A DNA stretch of 64,000 nucleotides from Gemmatimonas sp. (lineage in GTDB: Bacteria; Gemmatimonadota; Gemmatimonadetes; Gemmatimonadales; Gemmatimonadaceae): the NCBI GenBank assembly GCA_031414535.1, contig JANNVQ010000014.1, positions 160,001 through 224,000 of the forward strand, given 5' to 3'. Shown here piece after piece: positions 1-9,000 of the stretch (within the stretch, counting starts at the first letter, position 1; each line of letters begins with the position of its first letter). The notes under the pieces are model-generated. The model was not told the DNA's origin. It was given only the letters and a program-made list of their open reading frames with translations, and ran no database searches. The position numbers and the translations under genes were made by a program.

Positions 1-4
1 GCTC

Positions 5-304
5 GTGGCGATAGTAGACACGCTCCTGGCGCGCCGCCTAGATGTGACGGTGCTCTTGTATCCGCGCATGCCAAGCACGCTCACTCCGACGGCACGGCAG
101 ACGACCCTGCCCCGCTTCCTCGCCCTCGCCCAAGCGGCCTTGCGCGGGCGTCCGGTGCGCGTGCTCGATCTCACCGATGTCGCGCCCTTAACAGACGCCG
201 ACTTTGGCGAGGATTTCGATCACCTTCTGCCGGCGGCGAACGCACGCTTTTCTGGCTGGGCTTTGGATGGTCCTTTTGCGTTCTTGCTTGAGGGCACGCG
301 ATGA
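5..304 (+). CDS. C-terminal fragment of SGNH-like protein (DltD/AlgJ-like MBOAT partner); runs off the window 5' edge
   Basis: DFDHL (DxxH) motif near the C-terminus; stop overlaps the MBOAT ATG (ATGA 301-304). Confidence 0.5.
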   Translation: MAIVDTLLARRLDVTVLLYPRMPSTLTPTARQTTLPRFLALAQAALRGRPVRVLDLTDVAPLTDADFGEDFDHLLPAANARFSGWALDGPFAFLLEGTR

Positions 305-1716
305 CTCCCACGAGTGTGGCATTCGCGCTGTTAGTGCTGACCGCCCTACTCCTGCACTGGACGGGTCCTCACACCTCCCGGTGGCAGAATAGCGTCCTGC
401 TGGGGTCGAGTGCCCTCTTCTACTGGTCCTGGTCGCCCGCTTGGCTGCCGGTGCTCGCGCTGTCCACGCTCGTGGATTTCTGGGCCGCACGGAAGATTGG
501 CGATGCCACCGGGGCCCCAACCCTGCGGCGATTCGCGCTCTGGTTAGGCCTTGGCAGCAACCTCGGCGTACTGCTGTGGTTCAAATACGCAGGCTTGCTG
601 CTCGACTCTGGTTCACTCGCGCTGCCGATCGGCCTCTCGTATTACACGCTCATTCGTGTTGGCTATCTGCTCGACCTGCGCTACGGACGAATCGTGGCTG
701 AGCGCTCGCTGCTGAACTTTGCGACGTTCATTTGGTTTTTCCCTCAGATGGTCGCGGGCCCCATCACTCGCGCCCGTGCGATGTTGCCGCAGTTCTCGTC
801 CGCCCGTTCGTGGCGCGACGTGAATTTCGGGAGTGCTGCCGCCGCGTTATTGCTCGGCTGGACGCTCAAGGCTTACGTGGCCGACTGGATTGGGCCCGCG
901 CTCGTGGAGCCCGTGTTTGCCTCAAGTGCAAGGTTTGGCGCGGCGGCCCACTGGCTCGCGTTAGTGAGTTACGCACTGCAGGTCTTTGGCGACTTCGCCG
1001 GCTACTCACTACTCGCCATCGGCGTGGCCGCGCTCTTTGGCATGTCGCTGCCCGTCAACTTTGACCGTCCCTTCCTCAGCCGGTCGATGCCGGAGTTCTG
1101 GCGGCGTTGGCATATCACGCTCAACACATGGCTCTTTGACTACGTGTTTGGGCCGCTGACCACGGGCGGCGGAGTGCTTCATGGACGCATCGCCTACAAC
1201 CTCGTGTTGATTTTCATGATCTCCGGGCTTTGGCACGGCGCGGAGTGGACCTTTGTGATCTGGGGACTGCTACACGGCCTGGCGCTCGCGGCGCACCACG
1301 GCTGGGATGTGTGGTACCGCGCGCAGTGCCGTCGCGACCGACGCTTCGTGACTGTTCGGAAGTCCGGCGCCTATGCATGGGCGGCTTGGGTGCTCACACA
1401 GGGCTGGTTCTTGGGCTCACTGGTTCTTTTCAAGAGTAGTGACCTCGCAAGCGCGGGTCGGTACCTCGGCGCACTCTTCGTCGCCGAGGGCACCGCATTC
1501 CCCTCGCTGGACTCCATGGCGCTGGCGAGCCTCCTCGGAGCCTTGCTGGTTGTCGCCTGGCATCATGCTGAGGGTTTGAGCTTAGGCGCGAGGCTGCGCG
1601 CGCGGTTTGACGCACTCCCTGCCCCGGTGATTGGCGCGGTCTTGGGGCTCGGGCTCGCGTGGTTGCTCATCTTCGCCCCCTTGGCCCGCACTAGCTTCAT
1701 TTATGCTCAGTTTTGA
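301..1716 (+). CDS. MBOAT family O-acyltransferase (AlgI/DltB-like)
   Basis: Multi-TM; LPIGLSYY, FFPQMVAGPI, DFAGYS, FWRRWHITL, ISGLWHGA (catalytic His); C-terminal FIYAQF. Confidence 0.92.
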   Translation: MTPTSVAFALLVLTALLLHWTGPHTSRWQNSVLLGSSALFYWSWSPAWLPVLALSTLVDFWAARKIGDATGAPTLRRFALWLGLGSNLGVLLWFKYAGLLLDSGSLALPIGLSYYTLIRVGYLLDLRYGRIVAERSLLNFATFIWFFPQMVAGPITRARAMLPQFSSARSWRDVNFGSAAAALLLGWTLKAYVADWIGPALVEPVFASSARFGAAAHWLALVSYALQVFGDFAGYSLLAIGVAALFGMSLPVNFDRPFLSRSMPEFWRRWHITLNTWLFDYVFGPLTTGGGVLHGRIAYNLVLIFMISGLWHGAEWTFVIWGLLHGLALAAHHGWDVWYRAQCRRDRRFVTVRKSGAYAWAAWVLTQGWFLGSLVLFKSSDLASAGRYLGALFVAEGTAFPSLDSMALASLLGALLVVAWHHAEGLSLGARLRARFDALPAPVIGAVLGLGLAWLLIFAPLARTSFIYAQF

Positions 1717-1718
1717 CT

Positions 1719-1982
1719 ATGCATAGCGACGCTGAACTCCGGCACGTGATCGTCGAGTGGCTGGACGACCAGTACCACTTTGGCGATGCCAGCTCGCTCA
1801 TCAAAAGTGACGAGCAGTCCTTCTTGGATACGGGAGTGCTGACCAGTCTTGGGTTCGTGCAGTTGGTGCTGTTTCTCGAAGGCAAGTTGCACATCGTCAT
1901 CGAACGCGGCGCACTGACCCGCGAGAACTTCGACGGCATGGGCAAGATTCTCGCCTTTGTGCGAGCCTGCCGGCTGCGCTGA
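1719..1982 (+). CDS. Acyl carrier protein
   Basis: 87 aa acidic protein, FLDTGVLTSLGFVQLVLFLE; ATG at 1719; stop overlaps next ATG. Confidence 0.8.
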   Translation: MHSDAELRHVIVEWLDDQYHFGDASSLIKSDEQSFLDTGVLTSLGFVQLVLFLEGKLHIVIERGALTRENFDGMGKILAFVRACRLR

Positions 1983-3946
1983 TGGATTCAGACGTTCTGT
2001 GGAATCCTGATCCTGCTGTAGCCTCGACATCGCAACTCGGGGCCTTCCAGCGCTTCTGCGAGCGTGAGACGGGCGAGGCGTTGACGAGTTGGCAGGACTT
2101 CCACGCGTTCTCGGTAAGGCGCTTCGAGGACTTCTGGAATCTATTTCTGCGCTGGAGCGGCGTCCGCACGAGCGGTGAACCGAGCCCCGTCTGCACGTCG
2201 CGCGATGTGGAGTCGGCAAGATTCTTCCCGAATGTTCGGCTGTCGTTCACGGAGTCTTTGTTGAGCGGGGCCGGCGTTGCGGATGAGGCGGCGGCCATCG
2301 TTGTCTGCAGCGAGGGGAGGCCGCCGCGCACGGTGACGCGTGGCGAACTCCGCTCGCGCGTGCGGCGCCTCGCTCGTGCATTGACGGCCCTCGGCGTCGG
2401 GCCAGGCAGCCGAGTAGCCGGACTCACGTCGCACGACGACGACACTATTGCGGTGGCGCTGGCCGCCGTTGGAATTGGCGCCACGTGGTCTGCATGTGGG
2501 CCAGAGCTCGCGGCAGATGCGGCGGTGGCGCGCTTCAGCGTCTTTGCACCCACGCATTTGGTTCTCAGCGTACAGACGCCGCGCGCAGATGCCGGGGATG
2601 AACCGTTGGCGCGCGCGCGCCATGTGGCCGCCCGTCTTCCCTCGCTGGTTCAGACCTTGCTGATTGGTCCCGATGCGGCCGCCGAGGCTATTGCCGAGGC
2701 TCTTTCGAACTGGCCGCAGGCTTGCGCGCCGCTCGCGCCACTGGAGCAGGCGCAGTCGGATGGTGCGTTTGAGTGGCCGCTTTTCGCGTTCGATCATCCG
2801 CTCTACGCGCTCTTTTCCTCGGGCACGACCGGCCCGCCAAAGGCCATCGTGCACGGTGCAGGCGGCACCTTGCTCGAGCATCTCAAGGAGCACAGGCTGC
2901 ACGGGGATCTTGGGTCGACTGACCGACTCTACTTCCAGACATCCTGTGGCTGGATGATGTGGCACTGGACGGTTTCGGCCCTCGCCACCGGCGCCTCAAT
3001 CGTTACCTACGATGGTTCGATTGCGGCCGATGGACCCGACACACTCTGGCGACTCGCCTCCGATACGCGCGTCACCGCGCTCGGGATTTCACCCAGCTTC
3101 GTCCAATACCAACGAAGCACGGCGGTGCATCCGCGCCGCCACGATCTCGCGGCGCTCCGGCTCGTGCTCTCCACGGGCTCAATTCTCTTCGACCGCGACT
3201 TCGACTGGCTGCATGAGCAGCTCGGTCCGCTACCCATTCACTCCATCTCTGGTGGCACGGACATCATCGGATGCTTCGTGCTCGGCAATCCGACTCTCCC
3301 TGTGTACCGAGGAGAAAGTCAATGCATCAGCTTGGCGATGGATGTACAGGCCGTTGCTGATACGGACGGCGGCCCAGACGAGTTGGTGTGCGCGAATCCG
3401 TTTCCGTCGCGGCCGGTTGCGTTCTTGAATGACTCGGACGGGACGCTGCGGCACGAGGCCTACTTCGCGCAGCGCCCGGGGTTGTGGACACACGGAGACT
3501 TTGTCGCTCTGCGTCCGCGCGGCTCAGCGCGCGTGCTCGGGCGCGCCGATGGCGTGATGAAAGTGCGTGGTATCCGCATCGGTCCAGCCGAACTCGTTGG
3601 CATCGTGGAGGCCTTGCCAGAGATTGAGGCCGCGATGGCCGTGGCCCAAGATGCGCCCGACGAACCCGGTGGTGCGCGCATCGTGCTTCTGGTGGTGCTC
3701 CGCGAGGGCGAGGTGCTGGACCGCGCGCTCACGTACCGCATCAAGCGGGCGGTGCGCGACGGCGCATCAGCCGATCACGTGCCATCACGCGTGGTAACGG
3801 TTCCCGCATTGCCCGTGACACTCAACGGCAAACGCTCAGAGCGCGCGGCACGTGACATCGTAAATGGTCGCACACCGGCGAATCTCGCCGCCCTGCGCGA
3901 CCCAGACCTCGCCGCGCGAATTAGCGAGGCGCTGCGACGGGAGTGA
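1982..3946 (+). CDS. Acetoacetate--CoA ligase family adenylating enzyme
   Basis: FSSGTTGPPKAIVHGAGGTLLEHLKEH, GWMMW, SISGGTDIIGCF, WTHGD, GIRIG, TLNGK motifs typical of acetoacetyl-CoA synthetases. Confidence 0.88.
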   Translation: MDSDVLWNPDPAVASTSQLGAFQRFCERETGEALTSWQDFHAFSVRRFEDFWNLFLRWSGVRTSGEPSPVCTSRDVESARFFPNVRLSFTESLLSGAGVADEAAAIVVCSEGRPPRTVTRGELRSRVRRLARALTALGVGPGSRVAGLTSHDDDTIAVALAAVGIGATWSACGPELAADAAVARFSVFAPTHLVLSVQTPRADAGDEPLARARHVAARLPSLVQTLLIGPDAAAEAIAEALSNWPQACAPLAPLEQAQSDGAFEWPLFAFDHPLYALFSSGTTGPPKAIVHGAGGTLLEHLKEHRLHGDLGSTDRLYFQTSCGWMMWHWTVSALATGASIVTYDGSIAADGPDTLWRLASDTRVTALGISPSFVQYQRSTAVHPRRHDLAALRLVLSTGSILFDRDFDWLHEQLGPLPIHSISGGTDIIGCFVLGNPTLPVYRGESQCISLAMDVQAVADTDGGPDELVCANPFPSRPVAFLNDSDGTLRHEAYFAQRPGLWTHGDFVALRPRGSARVLGRADGVMKVRGIRIGPAELVGIVEALPEIEAAMAVAQDAPDEPGGARIVLLVVLREGEVLDRALTYRIKRAVRDGASADHVPSRVVTVPALPVTLNGKRSERAARDIVNGRTPANLAALRDPDLAARISEALRRE

Positions 3947-5072
3947 TGTTGTGAAAGCGCTTCTGACGTGAGGTCTGCCACGGCGCATCGGAGCGGAGCA
4001 CTTCCAAGAACTGCTCCGCGCTGCGACCGTCGCCAAAGTGCTGCGAAGGAGCCACGCCAGACGGCAGGTTGGTGAGCACCTGCTTGATGGCCCCGGCTTC
4101 CGCTGGCACGTTCACGATTGACGGATATATAAACCGGTCAGACTGCCGCGTCCCCACGTTCACCGTGGGGACGCCATAGACCGGCGCCTCGCGAATCCCG
4201 GCGCTGGAGTTTCCGACAATCGCCTGGGCGTGCTTCAGCAGCGAGAGGAAGTACTCAAAGCGCATGGACGGCAGCATGCGGAAGCGGGGATTCCCCTCGA
4301 AGGTCTTGTAGTGCCGCAGGATGATATCGGCGCCAAAGTCGTTGTTGGGATACACCACCACGAAGTTCCGCCCCGACTCCACGGCGGCCCGCACGATCTC
4401 CGCGCTCTGGACCTCCAGCTGGTCGTGTTCCGTCGTGACCGGGTGGAACATCAGGATGCAGTGCTCGTCGAACGGAATCTCGTAGCGCTCGCGCACCACA
4501 GCCATCGTCGGCAGTGTGTCGCCGAGCATGACGTCAATGTCTGGCGAGCCAATCACGAAGATGGACGAGGGCTGCTCACCCAACTGCACGAGGCGATCGC
4601 GCGCTTCATCGTTGGCCACGAAGTGTAGGTGCGACAGCTTCGTCACCGCGTGCCTAATGAGATCATCAATGGTCCCCGAGATCTCGCCACCCTCGATGTG
4701 CGCCACGAGGATGTTATTCAGCGAGCCCACAATTGCGCCGGCAAGCGCCTCGATCCGATCGCCGTGCACGACAAGCAGATCGGGCGTGGCCTCGCGCACG
4801 TAGTGGCCGAGGCCCTGCACTGTCGTCGCAAGCACGAGATCCATCTGCGACGTCACTGCACCGTCCTGATTCACGAACGGATGGATGCGGTCGAACCCGG
4901 CATCGCGAATCTCCTTCACCGTGCGGCCGTACCGGGCGAGCATATGCATCCCAGTGGCGAAGATGTCGTACTCTAGCCCCGGTGTCGCCTTCACGCTGGC
5001 GATGAGCGGCTTGATTTTTCCAAAGTCGGCGCGCGTGCCGCTCAGGAAGAGAATGCGGCGGGTAGTGGTCAC
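3921..5072 (-). CDS. neuC: UDP-N-acetylglucosamine 2-epimerase (hydrolysing)
   Basis: GTRADFG, HGDRIE, HIEGGEISGTIDD, GNSSAGIRE, GDG motifs; coupled to neuB. Confidence 0.93.
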   Translation of the reverse strand: MTTTRRILFLSGTRADFGKIKPLIASVKATPGLEYDIFATGMHMLARYGRTVKEIRDAGFDRIHPFVNQDGAVTSQMDLVLATTVQGLGHYVREATPDLLVVHGDRIEALAGAIVGSLNNILVAHIEGGEISGTIDDLIRHAVTKLSHLHFVANDEARDRLVQLGEQPSSIFVIGSPDIDVMLGDTLPTMAVVRERYEIPFDEHCILMFHPVTTEHDQLEVQSAEIVRAAVESGRNFVVVYPNNDFGADIILRHYKTFEGNPRFRMLPSMRFEYFLSLLKHAQAIVGNSSAGIREAPVYGVPTVNVGTRQSDRFIYPSIVNVPAEAGAIKQVLTNLPSGVAPSQHFGDGRSAEQFLEVLRSDAPWQTSRQKRFHNITPVAAPR

Positions 5073-6124
5073 GCCGAGGCGCCGAGCGCCGGGTTGACGT
5101 CAGCAAAGCGAAGCTGCGCGTTCTTGGGGATTGCGCTCGTCGCCGTGCGGCCGAGCAGGGATTCGAAGTGCACGGCCTTGATCTCGCCAGTGCCGGGACG
5201 CTTCACCCACACGTTCTCGCGCGTGAGCTTGCCGCCAGCGGGGATGTCCTCTATTGCCACGACGCATGCGTAGGCGAAGTCAATCGTCGGCTGTTCTTCC
5301 GGCAGGATGGTCTTACCGCCACCGAGCGCGGCGTGCACGGCGCGGGTACCACGTACCAAGTCGCCGAGTTCGGCTGGATCGAGCGAGATTGGCACGTCGG
5401 GGCCGGGCCAAGACTTGTCGCTCGTGAAGTGCTTCTCGAGGATGCTCGCACCCAGCGCGACGGCGGCGAAGCAGGTGTAGTTGCCAAGCGAGTGGTCGCT
5501 GAGGCCGAGCACAGCGTCGGGGAATGCGGCGGCGAGATCGCCGATGCCGCCGAGGCGCACGCGCTCGTAGGGCGTGGGATACATGGACGTGCAGTGCAAC
5601 AGGGCGTAGGGCACCTTGGCCTGACGCAGGATTTCCACCGACGGCGCAACGCTCGCGATGTCGTTCATGCCGGTGCTGAGAATAATCGGCTTGCCATACG
5701 ACGCAATGTGGCGAATGAGCGGGTAGTTGTTGCACTCGCCCGAGCCAATCTTGTACGCCGGCACACCCATGGACTCAAGTCGCACGGCGGCCGCCCGCGA
5801 GAACGGCGTGCTCAGGAACATCAAGCCTTTGGACTGGGTGTACGCCATCACCTTGCGCTCCTCGGCCTCCGTGAGCGCACAGCGCGACATGATGTCCCAG
5901 ATGGATTCCTTGGCGTTTCCGGGAATCACGTTGTTGGGGATCATTTCATCCTCAATCACATGACTCTGGAACTTGGCGCACTCCGCCCCGACTGCGGCGG
6001 CATCGTCCACCATCTGGATGGCCTTGTCGAGGCTACCCTCGTGATTGATGCCGATTTCGGCAATGACGAACGGGGGATGGTCTGGACCGATGTCGCGGTC
6101 TTGGATGCGGAGTGAGGGTGCCAT
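5069..6124 (-). CDS. neuB: N-acetylneuraminate synthase with C-terminal SAF domain
   Basis: IAEIGINHEG, KIGSGE, LSTGM, HCTSMYP, SDHS, EKHFT, KRPGTG; start reassigned to ATG 6124 (MAPSLRI). Confidence 0.93.
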   Translation of the reverse strand: MAPSLRIQDRDIGPDHPPFVIAEIGINHEGSLDKAIQMVDDAAAVGAECAKFQSHVIEDEMIPNNVIPGNAKESIWDIMSRCALTEAEERKVMAYTQSKGLMFLSTPFSRAAAVRLESMGVPAYKIGSGECNNYPLIRHIASYGKPIILSTGMNDIASVAPSVEILRQAKVPYALLHCTSMYPTPYERVRLGGIGDLAAAFPDAVLGLSDHSLGNYTCFAAVALGASILEKHFTSDKSWPGPDVPISLDPAELGDLVRGTRAVHAALGGGKTILPEEQPTIDFAYACVVAIEDIPAGGKLTRENVWVKRPGTGEIKAVHFESLLGRTATSAIPKNAQLRFADVNPALGASA

Positions 6125-6168
6125 AGCCGAGAAGGTTAGCAGTTCAGGCCAAGGCGGCGAAAGTGCAG

Positions 6169-7197
6169 CTAGGCACCGATTCGCCGAAGGGCCTCGACCT
6201 CGGCGAGCCAGTCCGCCGGAACCTTGCCGAGGACGGCCGACACGCCATTCAGCAGGGCTCGGCGCGTGGCCTCCGGGGCGGCGCCCTCGGCGTCCCAAAT
6301 GATGGGCGCGCCGAAGACGCTGCGAAGCGCGAAGGCAGGCTCAGCGTCCTCGGCGTTCCGCGCAGGAAAGCCGCCGCAGAGCACTGCGCTCGTCGGACGT
6401 CCCGGACCTAGAGCGTCGAGGTAGGCCTCAATAGCGGGCCCGAGCGCCAATCCGCGTAGGTCGAGGCTCGCTTCCCGGCCCTCGGAGCCGGCGGGTGCTT
6501 CGCTCCAGGCGGCAAGGCGCGCCCGCTGGAGGTCCTGCGCGGAATCAATGTCCACGGACGCCGCTGCATCCATCGAGACGCCCAGAGTAGTGCCAGCCAC
6601 GAGGAACGCGCGATGGCGCTCGAGCTCGTCGAGGCGCGTGACGTACACGGCCCCGTTCGGCCACAAGGCCACGGGATTGTCCTGGCGCCGCGTGCTGATG
6701 GGTGCAGCGCCGAGCGCGAAGGAGAGCGGCTGGGAGTCGCCGCCGTACATCGCGAGAGCAATCGGGTGACTGGCTTCGATGACCGTGACTGCCGATGGCG
6801 CGCCTGCGGCCTGCGCCGCATTCCAGCACGCGCTAACATGTTCGGCGCGGCGCATGGGCGAGGTGGGCTGGAGCAGGATCAGCCACTGGGCCTCGCGTTC
6901 GAGCCGGTTCCAGGCGTGGAGCACGTTGTCCACGGTCTGCGTGGTGTCGGCGGCGAGTTCGCTGGGACGGAGGAATGGCAGCTCGCCTCCCCAGCGCCGT
7001 CCTTCCGCCCCAATCTGCTCACCGTCGGTGTCCACCAAGATCCGTGCGCGATCTTCAAGACCACTCGTACGCAGGAAGGCGCGTGCGGCGAGTACTGCGC
7101 GCCCCACCAGACTCACACCGGCGACGCTTGCGAGGTTCTTTCCCGGCAGGCCTTTGGAGTTGGCGCGGGCGGGAATCAGCAGCAGCAAGTCACGCAT
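6169..7197 (-). CDS. neuA: CMP-N-acetylneuraminate synthetase (acylneuraminate cytidylyltransferase) with C-terminal extension
   Basis: IPARANSKGLPGKN, RPSELA, LQPTSPMR, NGAVY, VDID; start reassigned to ATG 7197. Confidence 0.88.
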   Translation of the reverse strand: MRDLLLLIPARANSKGLPGKNLASVAGVSLVGRAVLAARAFLRTSGLEDRARILVDTDGEQIGAEGRRWGGELPFLRPSELAADTTQTVDNVLHAWNRLEREAQWLILLQPTSPMRRAEHVSACWNAAQAAGAPSAVTVIEASHPIALAMYGGDSQPLSFALGAAPISTRRQDNPVALWPNGAVYVTRLDELERHRAFLVAGTTLGVSMDAAASVDIDSAQDLQRARLAAWSEAPAGSEGREASLDLRGLALGPAIEAYLDALGPGRPTSAVLCGGFPARNAEDAEPAFALRSVFGAPIIWDAEGAAPEATRRALLNGVSAVLGKVPADWLAEVEALRRIGA

Positions 7198-8953
7198 GGC
7201 GGGTGGATTCGGAGAGGAGACGTTGAATCTCGGCGACGGCGCGCGCACTGCACTCGCCGTCGAGAGGACCGAGGAAGTCCGGATCATTGGGTGGAGGCAG
7301 TGGCTGCTTGGCAGCCGAGGCGGCGAGCGTCTTCAGGTGGCGCTCCAGCGAGGCATCGTCGGTCGCGCGCAGGCCTCGGAGGTTCACGAACGAATCGGGA
7401 ATGGGCTGCCCCGTGAAGTCCACGAGGAGCAACTGTCGCCCGAGGATGTCGGCCTCGAAGGCCACGCTCGAGGTCTGCACCATCACGATGTCGCTCAGCT
7501 GGATGAGTGTGTCAATGAGTACATCGGCGGCGAGCACCATGCGAGTGCGAGGCGTGGCCGCCGCGAGCTGGTGGTGTACCGTCTGATCCTCGGACGGATG
7601 GGGGCGCAGCACTAGGAACAACTGCGGTATGCGCAACACGGACTCCACCACGCGACGGACAAAAGCAGCATCCTGCCCGTACTGGGTGGCAAAGAGCAGA
7701 ATCGGGCGATCACTGGGGAGCGCCAGCGCCTCGCGCTTGACTCCCACATCCGGTGACTGCTCGCCGCGGCGCATGGCATCGTACCGCGGCTGGCCGACGA
7801 TGACGGTCCGATCCTCGGCGAAGCCGTCCGCTTCGAGGAGGCGTTTCAGGTGGCGTCCATTCGTGCCGATGCGGTCCGCCGTCAGCCAGCGCCACTGCGG
7901 CATGTCGGCGGCGATGCCGTCCTGCAGGCAGAAGGTCGGAATGCCCTTCGCGCGCGCCGCGAGCACCCACGCGGAACCAACCCACCAGCGATCATTCCCC
8001 ACCACCACCTCCCGAGGCGGCGCCTTAGCTATGCGCTTGGCGACGGCCTCGAAGTGCGCTTCTTGCCTCGGCAGGTGCAACTCAATGGCGCTGATTGACG
8101 CGCGCAGCACCGTTCCGGCGCCGCCGGCGGGCAACTTCGGCGTCGCAGCGGACCACAGGGCGTCACGTAGCGCGGCCGCTGACTGTGAACTCTCATGTGC
8201 AAGGGGCTCGCAGAGCGCGAGGGGAGAGATGGAGGACGCCGCGTGGTGGAGGTGTTCAACGTCCGAAAGGCCTGCGCGGCGAGCAGCGCCGTGCACGGCC
8301 TCCATCATCAGGTCCATCGGACGCGTCCACGAAATGAGAAGCGTGCGCCCCGCCGTGGACGGAGTCGGCGAATCCAACGCCGGCGCCGATGCCGTGGGCA
8401 TCGCGGGCCGCGAAATCATGCGTGCAGCGAGCGAAAGCAGGCGCGAAGCGCGCAACGATAGGCCATATTCCGCCGCATCCGTGACGAGCGCGTGCGCGAG
8501 AGCGCTGTCCAGTGTGAACAATCGAACTGCCTTGATGCCCACCGAAGCGACGTGGCGGCACAGGGCTGACATCAGCTCAAAGCGGCGGAGGTCTTCCTGC
8601 AGGTCCAAGGCGTTGAACAGCAAGAGGCGATCGCCGAGTTCGAGCGAGGCGGGCGCATCGAGGGACATGAGTCCGCGAGACAGGGCCAGAGTGCGTGCGT
8701 CGGCGTCGCGCCTCGCGGCGTCCGGCAGCGCATTGAAGAGCGAACGGCGCGGCACCCGCGGCAAAACCTGAGCCAAGTCGAGGGCACCGCCGCCGGGCGA
8801 GTAGATAACAAGTTCGCTGGGAGCGGCGCGAAAGCCGGCCCCCAGCCGGAGAGCCTCGCGCAAGAACGCGCGCCCGCGTTCAGATCCGCGCCAGTCAATC
8901 AGCCAGAGGGACCCGTTTGCGTCAGTCGCCAATCCCCCGCGCGCGTCGTTCAT
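7190..8953 (-). CDS. GT-B fold capsule-biosynthesis protein, candidate sialyltransferase
   Basis: LQDG, VGQPRYD, RPHPSE, TSSVAFEA motifs; first gene of the neu operon; start reassigned to ATG 8953. Confidence 0.55.
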   Translation of the reverse strand: MNDARGGLATDANGSLWLIDWRGSERGRAFLREALRLGAGFRAAPSELVIYSPGGGALDLAQVLPRVPRRSLFNALPDAARRDADARTLALSRGLMSLDAPASLELGDRLLLFNALDLQEDLRRFELMSALCRHVASVGIKAVRLFTLDSALAHALVTDAAEYGLSLRASRLLSLAARMISRPAMPTASAPALDSPTPSTAGRTLLISWTRPMDLMMEAVHGAARRAGLSDVEHLHHAASSISPLALCEPLAHESSQSAAALRDALWSAATPKLPAGGAGTVLRASISAIELHLPRQEAHFEAVAKRIAKAPPREVVVGNDRWWVGSAWVLAARAKGIPTFCLQDGIAADMPQWRWLTADRIGTNGRHLKRLLEADGFAEDRTVIVGQPRYDAMRRGEQSPDVGVKREALALPSDRPILLFATQYGQDAAFVRRVVESVLRIPQLFLVLRPHPSEDQTVHHQLAAATPRTRMVLAADVLIDTLIQLSDIVMVQTSSVAFEADILGRQLLLVDFTGQPIPDSFVNLRGLRATDDASLERHLKTLAASAAKQPLPPPNDPDFLGPLDGECSARAVAEIQRLLSESTRHA

Positions 8954-9000
8954 ACGTCGCGGAGGATAGATGATCCCACGACACTCCGCCAGCCCAAGCG

